64,000 bases of DNA. Origin: Botryllus schlosseri. Lineage: Eukaryota. Where the stretch lies: the NCBI GenBank assembly GCA_051294905.1, contig CM119372.1, forward strand, positions 3,970,001 through 4,034,000, in the 5' to 3' direction. Of the stretch, positions 23,493 to 37,600 are shown in pieces; position 1 is the first letter of the stretch, and each line of letters begins with the position of its first letter. Position numbers and translations under genes: made by a program. Under the pieces are notes generated by a model. The model saw nothing but the letters and a program-made list of their open reading frames with translations. It did no database searches and was not told the DNA's origin.

Positions 23493-26400
23493 TCAACCGT
23501 TTTCTCTACCATTAGTAGTCGAATCAATAATTAACGAGCCTCTCGATCCACATCTCTCCCTTTCCGACGCCAATCCATCAATCGATGCGGACGGCTCGCC
23601 GTGGCTAATGCCGCTGTTTGATTTCGATAATGAAGAAGCGCTCGAGGAGTAGACGGAGGAGGCAGATAAAAACGTTGCTGATCTCGACAAGTTTCTACCC
23701 TCTAATATTGTCCTGATGAATTGATCGTAGTCCAGACGGCCATCGTTTCTTGTATCAGCGAATCTGATTATATCAAAGACCCAATGAAACCATGTCAATA
23801 CGATGTGAGTGGGTGCAGCGGGAATGCAACTCATGACCCTTATCCACGCCAATTAGCGTATAGGCAAAAGCGAGTAAAATGCGTCTTTGCAGCTCCAAAT
23901 TTTTACCTCCCCATTGCGACGTAATATGTATATGTTACGTCATTTTAAAAAATCTAGCTTACCCTATGTAGGCTATTCTATCGCACTTCTCGAACTCCTG
24001 TCCTGGTCCATAATATGTGTCTAGTCAAACTTTTAACGAATAGCCATGATAAAACCATTGACAAAAGTTTGTAATATAAACCGTACTAAATGTTTGGAAA
24101 TACTGGTGTTTTGCTCAACTGAAACAGACCAAATTCCCACATATGATCCTTACAGCATTGCGGGATCAGGTCCCATAGCATTTATTTCATTTAATAGAAA
24201 ATGGATATGTGTTTTCCAATAAAACTACTCAAAAATAACGAGAAGGAAGTCAAATGGGTATACGCCATCCTGAAAATTAAAAATCAAAAATACGAACAAT
24301 TTACAAATTTGAGTTGAACAATTTTTCCAATTATGACAGAACGTGTCGTCCAACATGCGAAATTCTAGGTTCGGACATGAATACACTCTGAGTTTTGATG
24401 ACATATCGATTTTCATGCGTGGGAATATATGTATTGTTTTCACGGTTAACTAATCCTGTTTGCTCCTATCGGACGACTAAAAAAAGGTAATCAACATTCA
24501 AGCTGCCCGCGCAACGGTTCGTAATCCCATGTGGCCCTTTGACCGAAAATGTTGGCCACCCCGGTTTTAGTCTAATCTTCTCGACACTCCAAGTACAGCC
24601 TACTATTTTGGTTAGTAGATGAGGCAAAAATGGGTAATGCATTCCAACAGTTCTCATGAACAGAGACGGCAGATTAACGTGTGTTCTTGGTGTCGCGGTT
24701 TCTTCGTGGATTTTCAATGTCACACATCCTTAAATTATAAGTCTTGAATGATTTGCGGGTCACGCTTAGTAGGACTGACAGCCTTCATGGAGTCGTTCTC
24801 GAGCCCAGTGCCGGTTGCTCAATATATCGAACCAGGTCTAGTCATGTCATGATAGAGACTACGCGCACCATCACCGAGGTGATGGAATCATCCATCGAAA
24901 AAAAAAGCATCAAAGATTGCTAATTACAGATTAAATTTCCCGTGATAGAGTGGTTTTGGAGAATATCCTGATGCCGGTGTTGTTCCGATTAATAACAATG
25001 TCAATCAGTGTTGCAGAGGGTTTTCGAATTAGGTGTGCAATGTGGTGCGATCAATGAATGATGAGAGGTCTTCGCAGTGCGACAAATTTCATGAAGATTT
25101 TCATCATGTCAAAAAAGTCAAAATTAGGTCAAAATTGTATCGTTAGGTCAAAAAATGTCACAATTCTTTACAAAGTTAAAACTTTTTTGCAACCTACGTT
25201 TCGTTTGTATCATAGATTTTGCACTGTCGGTGAACTTATCATTTGACATTTTACAGCTTGTAGCCTACTTTATAGGCCTACCGGTGTATACGGCCCATTG
25301 TCCGCTCATTGTGAATCATAAACATTCAAATGAAACAAATAGGTTGACATAGTGTTATTACATCCTCTATAGTGTTATGTTCAACGTACCGCAATATCTT
25401 AACTGAAGCAAGACTGCGTGGGCATTGCATGGTTCTTATATTAAGAAGCGCACGGTGAAAAATTGTGATGTATAGACACCATTGCCAGAATGAAGCAACA
25501 CGGTGTGTCACCAGCAGTGTACACACAACTACAGTGTTGCCAGCCAGCAACTGCTGCTGTTGGGCGTTCTTTCTCCATTCTTGGCAATCTACTTTGAAAG
25601 GACAGACACTTTCTATCCGAGAATGTAGGAAAGTATCCTTCGTTGTACTGCAAAAAAATCAATTATTTCTACCATAATGCGTAATGTATAGCTACTGGAA
25701 TACTTCATAGGTTCAGATTTCGTTAAAATAAAGTTATAAAGTTTTTTCATGTAACAATTTGTCAGTTTTAGAGGCACGAAAGTTTTTTAAAGGCCAAACT
25801 ACTTCGTAAGAACAGACAGTTACAGTTACATTATGTAGGAATCAGTGATGAGCGGATAGTGCTTTTCGAGACTCCGAATCCCTCCGACAACTTCAGCAGT
25901 GTCCGACGAAAACTCCATCCGACTCCGAAGATCTCAATCCCAGACTCCGAGATACTCTGAAGAATCTCGTCAAGTATCCGGAACATCATGACACTACAGA
26001 CACTACAGATACTACAGACACTGCTCAACGAAAATGCCTTGCTAGATCACTAGGTTAAGATAGCTCCTGGCCAATCATACCATTTTAACCATATCATTAG
26101 AGTGGCAAGCATACACTTGGTAATGTGTTTTTTTGCGCTCCGACTGTCATAAAATCGGCAAAACTCCGCTCCGAATACACTCCGACTCCGCTCCGATGCT
26201 CATCACTGGTAGGAATACACCTAATTTGCATACCTTAGGTCAAATTTGGTCAAAGTTAAGATTTTTAAGGTCAAAAAATGTCAAAGTTTTGATTTTGTAA
26301 GTCAAAATCTTCCGTTTTCAGGTCTAAAAAAATCGCCCTACTCATTAATAATTGTGAATGCATGATCTGTTCCCTTTCGAATATAGTCTCCATGAACCAT

Positions 26401-28943
26401 TTCGGGCAAAAATTGTATGTAGAAGTAGCAGACTTCCGTGGCGGTTCTTTGATTTTCCGTGAAAGACCATATACGCTACGCTACACAGCCATATGTGAGA
26501 CGACTTCTCACAAAAGTATTCGAAACATATTTTCTTGTATAAAGCCATATTCTGACGTTTCGAAGCATGTATTTATACGTCTATAAAGCTGCATAACCGA
26601 GCGGATCCTATTGTAAATTATATAGATTCCTACATTCGATTCTTTGTAATGAATGATACAGCCAAAATATTTGAAAGTTTTGACGTTTTCAATTGGATGA
26701 TTATGCAGGGAGAAGATTGAGGTAAATATCCGTTACGATAACCGTATTTCACAGACTAAATATATTGACGGAGCATTAACCTCCATTTCACGTACAATGA
26801 CATGTCATTTCCTTAGAGGATCAATTTGTTCTGTCGTGTATTTAAAAAAGCTGACTTTGAAATTAGTGTGTACCTATACCAGGGCCGGCCAACCCGTGGC
26901 CCGCGAGGTAATTTCCGAAATTTCTAATATCAAAAATGGATTGCACAGATTGTGAACTTGCAAGGCCAACCAAAAATTTGATTATCTAACTATAGTTTGG
27001 CCGCAACACTTGAGATGTGATGACTAAAATATCAGTTTCGACGCATTGACAGATCCATCAGCCAGTCACATATTGGTATATCTTCGTACACTACAATAAT
27101 GCAGAATAATTTGCGATAGATTTATCAAAAGTAAAAATTTTCTACAAGCTTAGCGCAACATGTTGTCACTCGATTTCTTGTTTTTAATATTGTTGCCCTT
27201 TTTGTGAAAATGGAAGAAAGCCTGATGTATCAGATTGAGTCTAACTATGTTCGCGAGGCAAATGCGACCTTACGTTTGCGCTCGCAGTAAGATCGTTGAC
27301 TATGAAACCTATAGGCTCGGAATGATTGACGCATGTTGGTCGCAGCTTTCGATATCGATATGTCCATGCGCCGAATAGCCCAGTCCTCGCAAACTTAGCC
27401 CAGCGATATACGGCAGGCCCGCAATATAGTCAAGTGACAATATTATTGACCTATGAACTTCAAAAATTTTTCGCGCTTGGCGCGGTAAGTGACCCGCTCA
27501 ATATTTCGTCAATCGAATGTGGCCCTTTGGCTGAAAAGGTTGGCCAGCCCTGACCTATACGATCACATTGATTCATGTAACATGTATTGCCGACGTCCGT
27601 GGACGCTTAACATTGACTACTTGCAAATGTAGGTCCAATCCTGGTCATATAGGTAGCTGACGAATACAGATGGCGAATATAGCTGACGAATACAGGTCTC
27701 AATCGCTAGGATATGTGAAAGATTTGGAGCGTTATCATATAGAAAGGGATATAGAGTCCCGAATATTATCCAAACAAACGAATCCGCATACCTTACTAGT
27801 TCATTAGCTTCCTTCAGGGTTATTGTGTTGCCCTGACTCATAAGTAGACTTAGAAGTTCATTGGCATTAACGTATCCCTTTTCTTCGACATCAAGACACA
27901 GAAAAGCGTCTCTGCAAAAGATGACATATATATGACATATCTGTGTACTCACGATCAAACCACATCATTGTGGTAGCCTATAGAACGGGCATTATGTTCT
28001 TTGTGGTCGAATAAAAGTCACAAATTTGAACATTCCATATCATTCATAATGTTGTGACGGTAAATCAGTGGTATTCGAATACTTGACTCGACTCGAACCC
28101 ATTCAGTATCGAATTACTCAAGTACTTGACAATGCAATTACAATGTCAGCCCACAGCCTCTAACCAAATATATCGGTGCCTGCAAGATTTACTTAATTGT
28201 TTTCTATGCCGGAACACACGCACTGTCATTTGCTAGCAGCGTCCCAGCAGCCCAAATTGGAAATCACTGTATATATTATTATATACTTACTTACCTAAGT
28301 TCCGCTTCCATGCCCTTTTCCTCTCGCATGTATTCCACAATCATACAAAACTCACTAAAATCCATCGTCATGTCACCATCCACTTCCATAAGGCAAGCCA
28401 GTTCGTGTATCTCTTCGTCCGTAGTTTTGTAGCCCAAAGCACCCAACGCCATGTTCAACTCACTGTAAGTAATTGTACAAGTACATGTACATTATACAAC
28501 TGTGCAATACCCACATTTAATTTGCGTCAAGGGAAATGTTAGATTACCTCATGTCCATTGTTTTGCTGCTATCAATATCATAGAATTCGAATATTTGTCT
28601 TAATTCGTCTAACTCCTCTGCATTGAAACTGCTCTGTCCTTTCATGCCGTAGGCTCTTTCTAGTCTTCTCCGGGCCTGGATGGAGGCAGTCTTGCGGTTG
28701 GGTCCGTAGTTGTCATCGAACGGTTGTTGCGCTCCTCTCGGCGCGTTCTTACTAGGAAAAATGTTACAGATATAGTTCCATACAGTTCTAGCATATGTCC
28801 GCCTATTTCTGTTAGCGATTCTATTTTTTATCCCATTAGACGAAGCCATATCGCTGATGGCATTCTGAGCCGAAAGCTTGTTTTTGTTCGAACTGGATTT
28901 GAAGAAATTATCTTGCAGGGAAAATGATGATGAAGACGAGTAT
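23493..28943 (-). CDS. Calmodulin/centrin-like 4-EF-hand protein with Ser-rich extensions; exons 28943(or ATG 28849)-28548, 28462-28295, 27911-27792, 23763-23493
   Basis: EF-hand loops DIDSSKTMDMSE, EVDGDMTMDFSE, DVEEKGYVNANE, DTRNDGRLDYDQ; all introns GT-AG, phase 2, frame conserved. Confidence 0.88.
25243..26340 (+). mobile_element. Second copy of the degraded hAT right end
   Basis: Similar to 20365-21313; same AAAAATCGCCCTA terminus and TAGGTCAAA subterminal repeats. Confidence 0.65.
25843..26208. mobile_element. hAT-type MITE with ACTCCG repeats
   Basis: TIR CAGTGATGAGC / GCTCATCACTG; exact TSD GTAGGAAT. Confidence 0.9.
26880..27552. mobile_element. hAT-type MITE
   Basis: TIR CAGGGC(C/T)GGCCAACC; exact TSD ACCTATAC. 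Confidence 0.88.
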
Positions 28944-29184
28944 CTGTACAGATCAATATTCGCTCGCCGTCATACATAGAATAAGTCATCAGACCATAAT
29001 AATACACGAGCCCTAATAAACAGTTCTTAGCGGATCAATAATGACGATTGAAACATCTTGATGTTTTAATTATCACCGCTGTGGGGCACATATAGATGCT
29101 TATTATTGCTAAATCATGACGTCGATAAGGGATGGTGCGAATACGGCAGTAGTTATGTAGATCGGTCGTGAGCGGCTATTGTTT

Positions 29185-29460
29185 CTTATGGCGGGGTGGC
29201 GATTCGCCTGGAAACCCGGGGTGGCGATTCGCCTCTTATCTCTTATGGCGGGGGTCGCGATTCGCCATGTGTTCTTATGGGTGCGGTCGTGATTCGCCTT
29301 TTCGGGTATAGGCCGCGGTCGTGATTCGCCGTGAAAACTCGTGGTCGTGACTCGCCTTTTTTGCTATAGGCGGTGGCGGCGATTCGCCTGTCGTGTATTC
29401 TTACGGGTTCTGTGGTGAGGTGCCATGTGTTCTTATGGATGCGGTCGTGATTCGCACTTT
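29185..29460. repeat. Subterminal GC-rich repeats (G(T/C)GATTCGCC core, ~30-bp spacing), mirrored at ~44550-44825
   Basis: About eight GATTCGCC-type motifs seen directly. Confidence 0.85.
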
Positions 29461-32400
29461 CAGGCATCTCTCGCGCGGTGTTGAATATGTACGAGTCACC
29501 AACAATAACCGCACAAACGGAAACGTGGCTTGTTGTGAGGATTAAGCAGTGCATACGTCCGTTTTGGAAATTCGGAGCGCGCACTATCGTATCGATTATT
29601 CCACTAATCCAGTAAGTACTATTACATACAGGAGTATTCAGTATTCAGCAACGACACGAAAAGCGACCAACAAATAACCGCACTCGTAAATTAACACCTA
29701 AAAAAGTGTAAAATAGATTGCAAATCCCGCGATCGCTAACAAGATAATGTCTCGGCTATAACCATTTAGTGACTTGGTGTTAAAGACATACCGATCGCTC
29801 ACAAGGTAATATTTCGGTAATTAGTTTGTCACAGAGCCGTCGCAGACGGTGATTCGAAAACCAACAATTTGACACTTTCTGGTGGTCGCTATATGTTTTG
29901 ACACTTCGAACAGCGGCTGACTTTAGTTGCACGATAAGAATCATGTGAATATACAAGTAATGTATCAATTTGTCAACTTGAAATGAAACTTACTACACAA
30001 ACCAAGTTGATTCGTATTTGAATGTGTTAATTCGGTACAATTCTAATTATTTTGAGAAATCTTTTGATTCGACCGTAACCTGAATATTACTGACGCCGAC
30101 TTTCAGCCGCATCGAATTATTCGCACATTCCGCGCCGCTGTTTTCACACTTATAGAATCAATACCAACTATAACTCTACAAGAATCAAGAATCACAAGTA
30201 TGTGCATTACACAGTTATTGTATTTATTAACTTGAAATCAAACTCTTAACAAAAACACGCAACTAATCATTTGCCAGCTCTAACATTATGAAAATCCTCG
30301 AGTCTTTATTTTTAAGAATGTTATAGTACGGTGTCGGAATCCATTCGTGGGATGTACTAAAGATAAATCCAGATAATTCAAAATGAAATATTTGGACTTT
30401 GACATAGTGTGAATTGAAATAGGATTGACAAACATGACTACCAACTTTGATCCAGTCACATTTCAAGATCATACTTCGAACCAAGTAATGTAACATTACA
30501 ACTCTATTCACGATCCTGCTTTCCGTTTGTCAAAGAGATATTTTAACATCTTACCATACTCAAAAGAATTATTCACAACATTAACAATTGTTAAAAATCT
30601 AGTTTTCACTTACTTGATTATATCACTGCAACTCATAAATTTGAATTAATTCATCCTGGTTGTATTCGTATGCTCGGTCTTTTTTATTCAATTGTAAAGG
30701 TCGTTACTATTCTGAAGACAAAGTAAGCTATTTACTAATCGACACATAAATGACTTGACATAAACATATTATATTTTGAGTACACGAGATTTGAATGTCT
30801 GAACAATAACTGAGAAATAATTTATCACAATAAAATCCGTATATTACAGCGTAAAAGATGTTTGAATGTCAGCAACTCTGTACGGTCATAGTTACTACCA
30901 CTAATTTACCCGACCAACTCGTCATGATCATTCCTGAAATCAACACAAATATGACCACTGACTTGAGTTAACCACAAAACAGCATCAAGTTTTAAATCCA
31001 CTTGTAGCTTACGGATTATTTGAATGCTGGTTATGTTTTGTTGTAATTGAGTTAACGGAAATAGTATTACGTCTCGACATCTTACCATCTTACCATATTC
31101 AAAGAATCAACCACGAAAACATTGTCAAGTAAATCCGTTACCCCGACCAACTCAAACAGTATCAGTATGAAAAACAGCCAAACATACACGAATCCATACA
31201 ATCACTAAAACCTAAAATCCATAACAAGCTTGGTTGTATTCAGATCCGTACACATCTTTTTTTATCCAGTTTGAAAAGTCGTAACTATTCTGTAAGATAG
31301 AGGAATTACTACTCGGTATATTTTGTAAGACCAAAAGTAATTACTTCTCAGTGTCGGCGACTTGAGATTAACATAATATGTTTGAGTATACGAGATTTGA
31401 CAGTCTGATCATCGTAGTTTCTTACAATCGAGCACAGGTGTGATATCAAAATTATCATGATGTAAACATAGGGATTGACACATTGATTTGACATATGAGA
31501 TTTTGTAATTGTTGATCGTTACTTTATTATTAATTGTTTGCGTTAATTAGACCCGGTGTTGTGGTAAATGTTATGACAGCAACAAACTTTTCAGTACCAA
31601 TGTTATTAACATATTAAGCTGTAAACTATGTGTGTCTGAAATGTTCTTGATAGGAAAATTACTCCACCTTGGTAAAAATCACTCTGCGTATCGCGGATAT
31701 CAGAAAATATTTCCAGTAACCAAGACTAAGACTTTGATTATTACAAAAGTAAATTGTGATATGTTTGTTAGATGCATCCAATTGAACTAGAAGTGTCTAG
31801 TGCCCAACACTCGTAATATCAAAAAAGTACTTGCTACACTGTAATTCACTTAACGTGTTTTGCATTGTTGTTCATTTGTAGTATTGATTGTTTTTGAACC
31901 TCCAAATAATAATTTCCGACATGAAACCAAACCGCCGAAAGTCGTTACCATCACAACGAAACAATTTGTACGATGTTTGTCAAATGTATCCTATAGTTAG
32001 GTGTACTAGAATCACTGGTCCAACACATACACCGAAAATGCAATCGAAATTTTCCCCATTGTCATTCGTCAAAGTAAAGGTCGTCACAATACTCAACCCA
32101 TAAAAGATCTTACTTGTATGTGATTGAATCGCAGGTAATTAACCCACTAAATCAAACCATAAGGAAATTTCACTCACTCATCGGATATGAAACAGCGTCA
32201 CTTAATCGGCGTAGATCGTTTTACTAAATGCAAATCATACCTGACCAACAGAAAACAATTTTCACTTACCTTGTAATGAAACCAAGTGGTGGGCCTTCGT
32301 TCAATATTTTGTCTGTGTCAAATACTTTGTAATAAACACAATGGAGTGGTTGAGCTTTACATCATCAAGCTGTCATTAATAAATCAAGATTTCGGTAAAC

Positions 32401-33924
32401 TTGTAAATGTATCGTTTAACTAACCGAGTTGTATGCACAGTTTGATATTTTTGTCATTTAGTGATTGCTGAACATACCACTTCGAAATACTGCGTTGATC
32501 TCAATCCCCTTTGTCCTGATAATCGAAGTACTTTTTGTTTTGAATTCATAACAATCGGATTTTCTATGACATGATAAATTAGAAGATTTAGAAGATTGGT
32601 TGCATATCACTAAAAATAATATACCACACATATTATTACTGTTACTCCATTCATCGGTATTTTTTCCGTTGTCGATTTTCAAACGAGTAAAATTTATTAC
32701 TTGAGTTGCTCTGCTTACTATATTTAAATGTAAACTCACCCGTCTTTCAACAACAAACAATGTTAAAAAGTATGCAATCAAACACAACAAGTTTTACGAT
32801 ACTAATTATTATCCCACATAACCCATTTCTTACCGAAGACATATGAAATATATTCATGTTACAAGAAAATATTCGCTCATGCTACAAACCTGTACAATGA
32901 TTGGTGGTGCTTTCAAACTGTTTCGATACCTCAAGAACTTTATCATCTGAATGGTTGTTCATGTATCGTAATAATCAAGTATTTCAACACAGAACTAGTA
33001 TTAACAGAAACACCAGAGTTGTTTACACAAAAGTTTGTGTGTGTACAGTATGCGAATACCATGTGTAAGTCCAGCACAATTGTGGTATCCATACGAGTTT
33101 AGTTAACACAATTTACGACACCGAGGTCGCCTCATCTTTCGTAAGACAACAAACCAAGGCTTCAGGATATGTCCATGTCATAACAATAAATCAGCTACTC
33201 CAACAACAGAGTACATACGTTTTCTAGTTACGGTGCTTACATCTTACACACAAATCGACCTACTTTGCAAACGAAAAGCGCTGAGTCATCACAACAATAC
33301 AACTAAAACATACTATCATACAAATTGGTCGTTATAGTTTACCCACCAACGATACATCGTACAAGTAGCAAGTCTCGAGAATCCAGTTTTTCAAAAAACG
33401 TGAAAGTGTTTCTACACCAAGTCGGTATGTTGACGAAAGCATATATTGTAATATCATGATCGATTTGCATTCGTTGGTCACAAACTGTCACTACTCTAAA
33501 TAATTATTTTTCACTCAAAGCATACTTATCGCCAATCGTTTTCATCAAGCACGAGTTCAAGAAACCTGCTGCGACATGAATTGTTATTTTTATGTTGTGT
33601 AAATAGGTAATAATTAATTTTAGTAACACTATATCAACATCATCGAGTTGTGCGAATAGATTTACATGTGGTCTTGTGGTTTTAATCGAAGTATACAGCA
33701 CGGTCTAATGTAGAGTCATCTCTATTGTACAACAACTCGGTAATCGAAATGCATTAAAATTTAAACAACGATCTTGGTTCGTCGCACCAAAAATATGTTT
33801 ACTATCACGATACTCTACACAGGCCGTGTAAATCCTTTTCACACTCGTAATAGTATACCAACAGCTACCGGCGACAACGTTTAACAATACCAACGACACT
33901 AAACATACGATACCTACCCAAGTA

Positions 33925-34625
33925 AAATTTCCATTTTCACCTGGAGATCGGTCGTAACCCAAGTAGAAATACCATTGTCCTTTGGAGATTTATCGTTTAC
34001 CCAGTGTAACAAACCCCTTTTCCTTTGGTAATCTATTTTTCTCTGGGTAACAATCCTTTTTCACTTGGAAATATATTTTTTCTCTGGTTAACAATCCTTT
34101 TTCACTTGGAAATATATTTTTTCTCTGGTTAACAATCCTTTTTCACTTGGAAATATATTTTTTCACTGGGTAACAAACCTTTTTCACTTGGAAATATATT
34201 TTTTCTCTGGTTAACAAACCTTTTTAACTTGGAAATATATTTTTTCTCTGGGTAACAAACGTTTTTCACTTGGAAATATATTTTTTCCCTGGGTAACAAT
34301 CCTTTTTTTCTCTTGGTAATAAACCTTTTTCACTTGGAAATATATTTTTTCTCTGAGTAACAAACCTTTTTCACTTGGAAATATATTTTTTCTATGGGTA
34401 ACAAACCTTTTTCACTTGGAAATATATTTTTTCTCTTGGTAATAAACCTTTTTCACTTGGAAATATATTTTTTCTCTGGATAACAAACCATTTTCACTTG
34501 GCGGGTCGTCGTTTACCTTAGTAAAAATATCATTTTCCTTTGGAGATCCGGCGTTTACCCAGGGTAACAATACATTTTCTCTTGGCCATCTAGCTTTTCC
34601 CACAGTAACAAAATCATTTTCATTT
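33925..34625. repeat. 41-bp tandem array (two ~20-21-bp subunits), mirrored at ~36962-37662
   Basis: GGGTAACAA(T/A)CCTTTTTCACTTGGAAATATATTTTTTCTCT at 34045, 34086, 34127 etc., decaying at both edges. Confidence 0.92.
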
Positions 34626-37600
34626 TGAAATCTGACAATTTGATATTTTTGTATATTGTTACAACAGATAGCGACAAAATATACACCAACAACAACTCCA
34701 ATACATTTGTGTAATCGCATATTCACTTGTGCTGATGCAACCCATCAAAATCATCGGTTACCCACATGCAATGTGCTGTTGTACATCGACGTTTATGTTT
34801 TTGGAAAATTGGACAATAGGCTTCGATAGTTCTGTGATGTCCGGGCTCGTGCTTTGGATTTTCCAGAGTCAAAATGTCTGAATAAAACACCTCCTTGACG
34901 ATGGTTGGTATGTGGATAACGGTGTTCGGAAAACGATTGGATTTATGTCACCCATCGCGATAACAATTCCAGGTCGAGTTTTCCCCCGCGTGTTTACTAT
35001 ATTGTGTCTTTATTGGTCATGTATGTCTCGACATTCAGTTTGAAATCGGAAACCCTGATAAAGTATGTAACCGGATCCGGATATCAACTCTGAATCGATA
35101 AACCAATGAACAATATTCAAAGTAAACATGTTACACCCTGTGTTTCCACGAAAAAATACCATCCAGACATACGTCGCGCTTGTTTGCCCACATCAGTATA
35201 CGCATAAATGGAGGTGTGTGACATTGCATGCAATGTGTTGGTATACAAACATCGATCCACAGACATTATCATAGCCGGTAGTTTTGATGTAGATCGAATG
35301 TCATCACACCCGATAACAATACCAATAAGCCACATTGCAATGACTCTGAGTCAATCTGAAGCATGACATACAGACACACAAACATGGAACCCTAACATGG
35401 GTTATTCACACGACGGTGAAAGTGAACCATACAGCATATACCAATAGGGCGTTCACAGTCGAATATGCGAACCATGCACAATCATATACCCTGGTTTTTG
35501 TTGGATATGTACGAAACCAATAAATCGATACATTTCTGTTCCTTCTACGTCAATAATACAAGCGTCATTCCAATGCATCGCTCGAATGTAAGGTTCGTCG
35601 GGTGTAAAATCCATGTCAAATAACACCAAAGTGTGCTTTCCGTGTTTTATTATTTCCACCGACGCTTCTTGTCTGTGTCGTAACACTATGGTGCGGGGAG
35701 TTGAAAAACGGTGGATTGTGAAACGGATTGACATGACCAACTGAATCGACGTCAATAGACTTGTGATGACAGTTTCAAAATGATACCGATCTCTTGTGGT
35801 GATGACCGTTTCGAAATGTAACCGGACGAACTGAATCCTTACGATGATGTGTTTTATGATTGCGTGTGAAATCACGAGGTAGTGTTCTATTGTGGTGTAC
35901 GATTGCAGTCTTCATTCCACAGAAACATACCTTATTGGATCACAATATCAGTCCGACATTTGCACGATATTTATCCGGAGTCGTTATGTGGGAGTAGCGA
36001 CATCCATTGATCGTGACTGAAAGACTGATCGCAATCATTTCGAGCACCGTACTTCGATAGTTCACCTAGAACAAACGCTGCAGCAGAAAACTTCGGTGTC
36101 GACAACACGATGGATATTGACCGATGTATCCAATTGATCTGGGTGGTCCGTCTACAGATAGGGTCATGACTATCTTGCGATAAAACCATCGAGTAAATCA
36201 ATGAACGGTGTCGAAATAGCGATGTAATAGCGCAGACTCAGAGTCATTGCAATGTGGCTTATTGGTATTGTTATCGGGTGTGATGACATTCGATCTACAT
36301 CAAAACTACCGGCTATGATAATGTCTGTGGATCGATGTTTGTATACCAACACATTGCATGCAATGTCACACACCTCCATTTATGCGTATACTGATGTGGG
36401 CAAACAAGCGCGACGTATGTCTGGATGGTATTTTTTCGTGGAAACACAGGGTGTAACATGTTTACTTTGAATATTGTTCATTGGTTTATCGATTCAGAGT
36501 TGATATCCGGATCCGGTTACATACTTTATCAGGGTTTCCGATTTCAAACTGAATGTCGAGACATACATGACCAATAAAGACACAATATAGTAAACACGCG
36601 GGGGAAAACTCGACCTGGAATTGTTATCGCGATGGGTGACATAAATCCAATCGTTTTCCGAACACCGTTATCCACATACCAACCATCGTCAAGGAGGTGT
36701 TTTATTCAGACATTTTGACTCTGGAAAATCCAAAGCACGAGCCCGGACATCACAGAACTATCGAAGCCTATTGTCCAATTTTCCAAAAACATAAACGTCG
36801 ATGTACAACAGCACATTGCATGTGGGTAACCGATGATTTTGATGGGTTGCATCAGCACAAGTGAATATGCGATTACACAAATGTATTGGAGTTGTTGTTG
36901 GTGTATATTTTGTCGCTATCTGTTGTAACAATATACAAAAATATCAAATTGTCAGATTTCAAAATGAAAATGATTTTGTTACTGTGGGAAAAGCTAGATG
37001 GCCAAGAGAAAATGTATTGTTACCCTGGGTAAACGCCGGATCTCCAAAGGAAAATGATATTTTTACTAAGGTAAACGACGACCCGCCAAGTGAAAATGGT
37101 TTGTTATCCAGAGAAAAAATATATTTCCAAGTGAAAAAGGTTTATTACCAAGAGAAAAAATATATTTCCAAGTGAAAAAGGTTTGTTACCCATAGAAAAA
37201 ATATATTTCCAAGTGAAAAAGGTTTGTTACTCAGAGAAAAAATATATTTCCAAGTGAAAAAGGTTTATTACCAAGAGAAAAAAAGGATTGTTACCCAGGG
37301 AAAAAATATATTTCCAAGTGAAAAACGTTTGTTACCCAGAGAAAAAATATATTTCCAAGTTAAAAAGGTTTGTTAACCAGAGAAAAAATATATTTCCAAG
37401 TGAAAAAGGTTTGTTACCCAGTGAAAAAATATATTTCCAAGTGAAAAAGGATTGTTAACCAGAGAAAAAATATATTTCCAAGTGAAAAAGGATTGTTAAC
37501 CAGAGAAAAAATATATTTCCAAGTGAAAAAGGATTGTTACCCAGAGAAAAATAGATTACCAAAGGAAAAGGGGTTTGTTACACTGGGTAAACGATAAATC

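Larger units (their letters stand above)
29148..35352 (+). repeat. Left arm (6205 bp) of giant inverted repeat
   Basis: Mirrored ORF track with constant coordinate sums (74010 outside the insertion, 71587 inside). Confidence 0.97.

Noticed and set aside
29243..29584. ORF in the element terminus (mirrored at 44426-44767)
   Set aside because: Arises from GC-rich subterminal repeats that lack stop codons
33925..34625. Regular repeat array as a CRISPR locus
   Set aside because: Units are head-to-tail with no unique spacers, there are no cas genes, and the context is eukaryotic with spliceosomal introns
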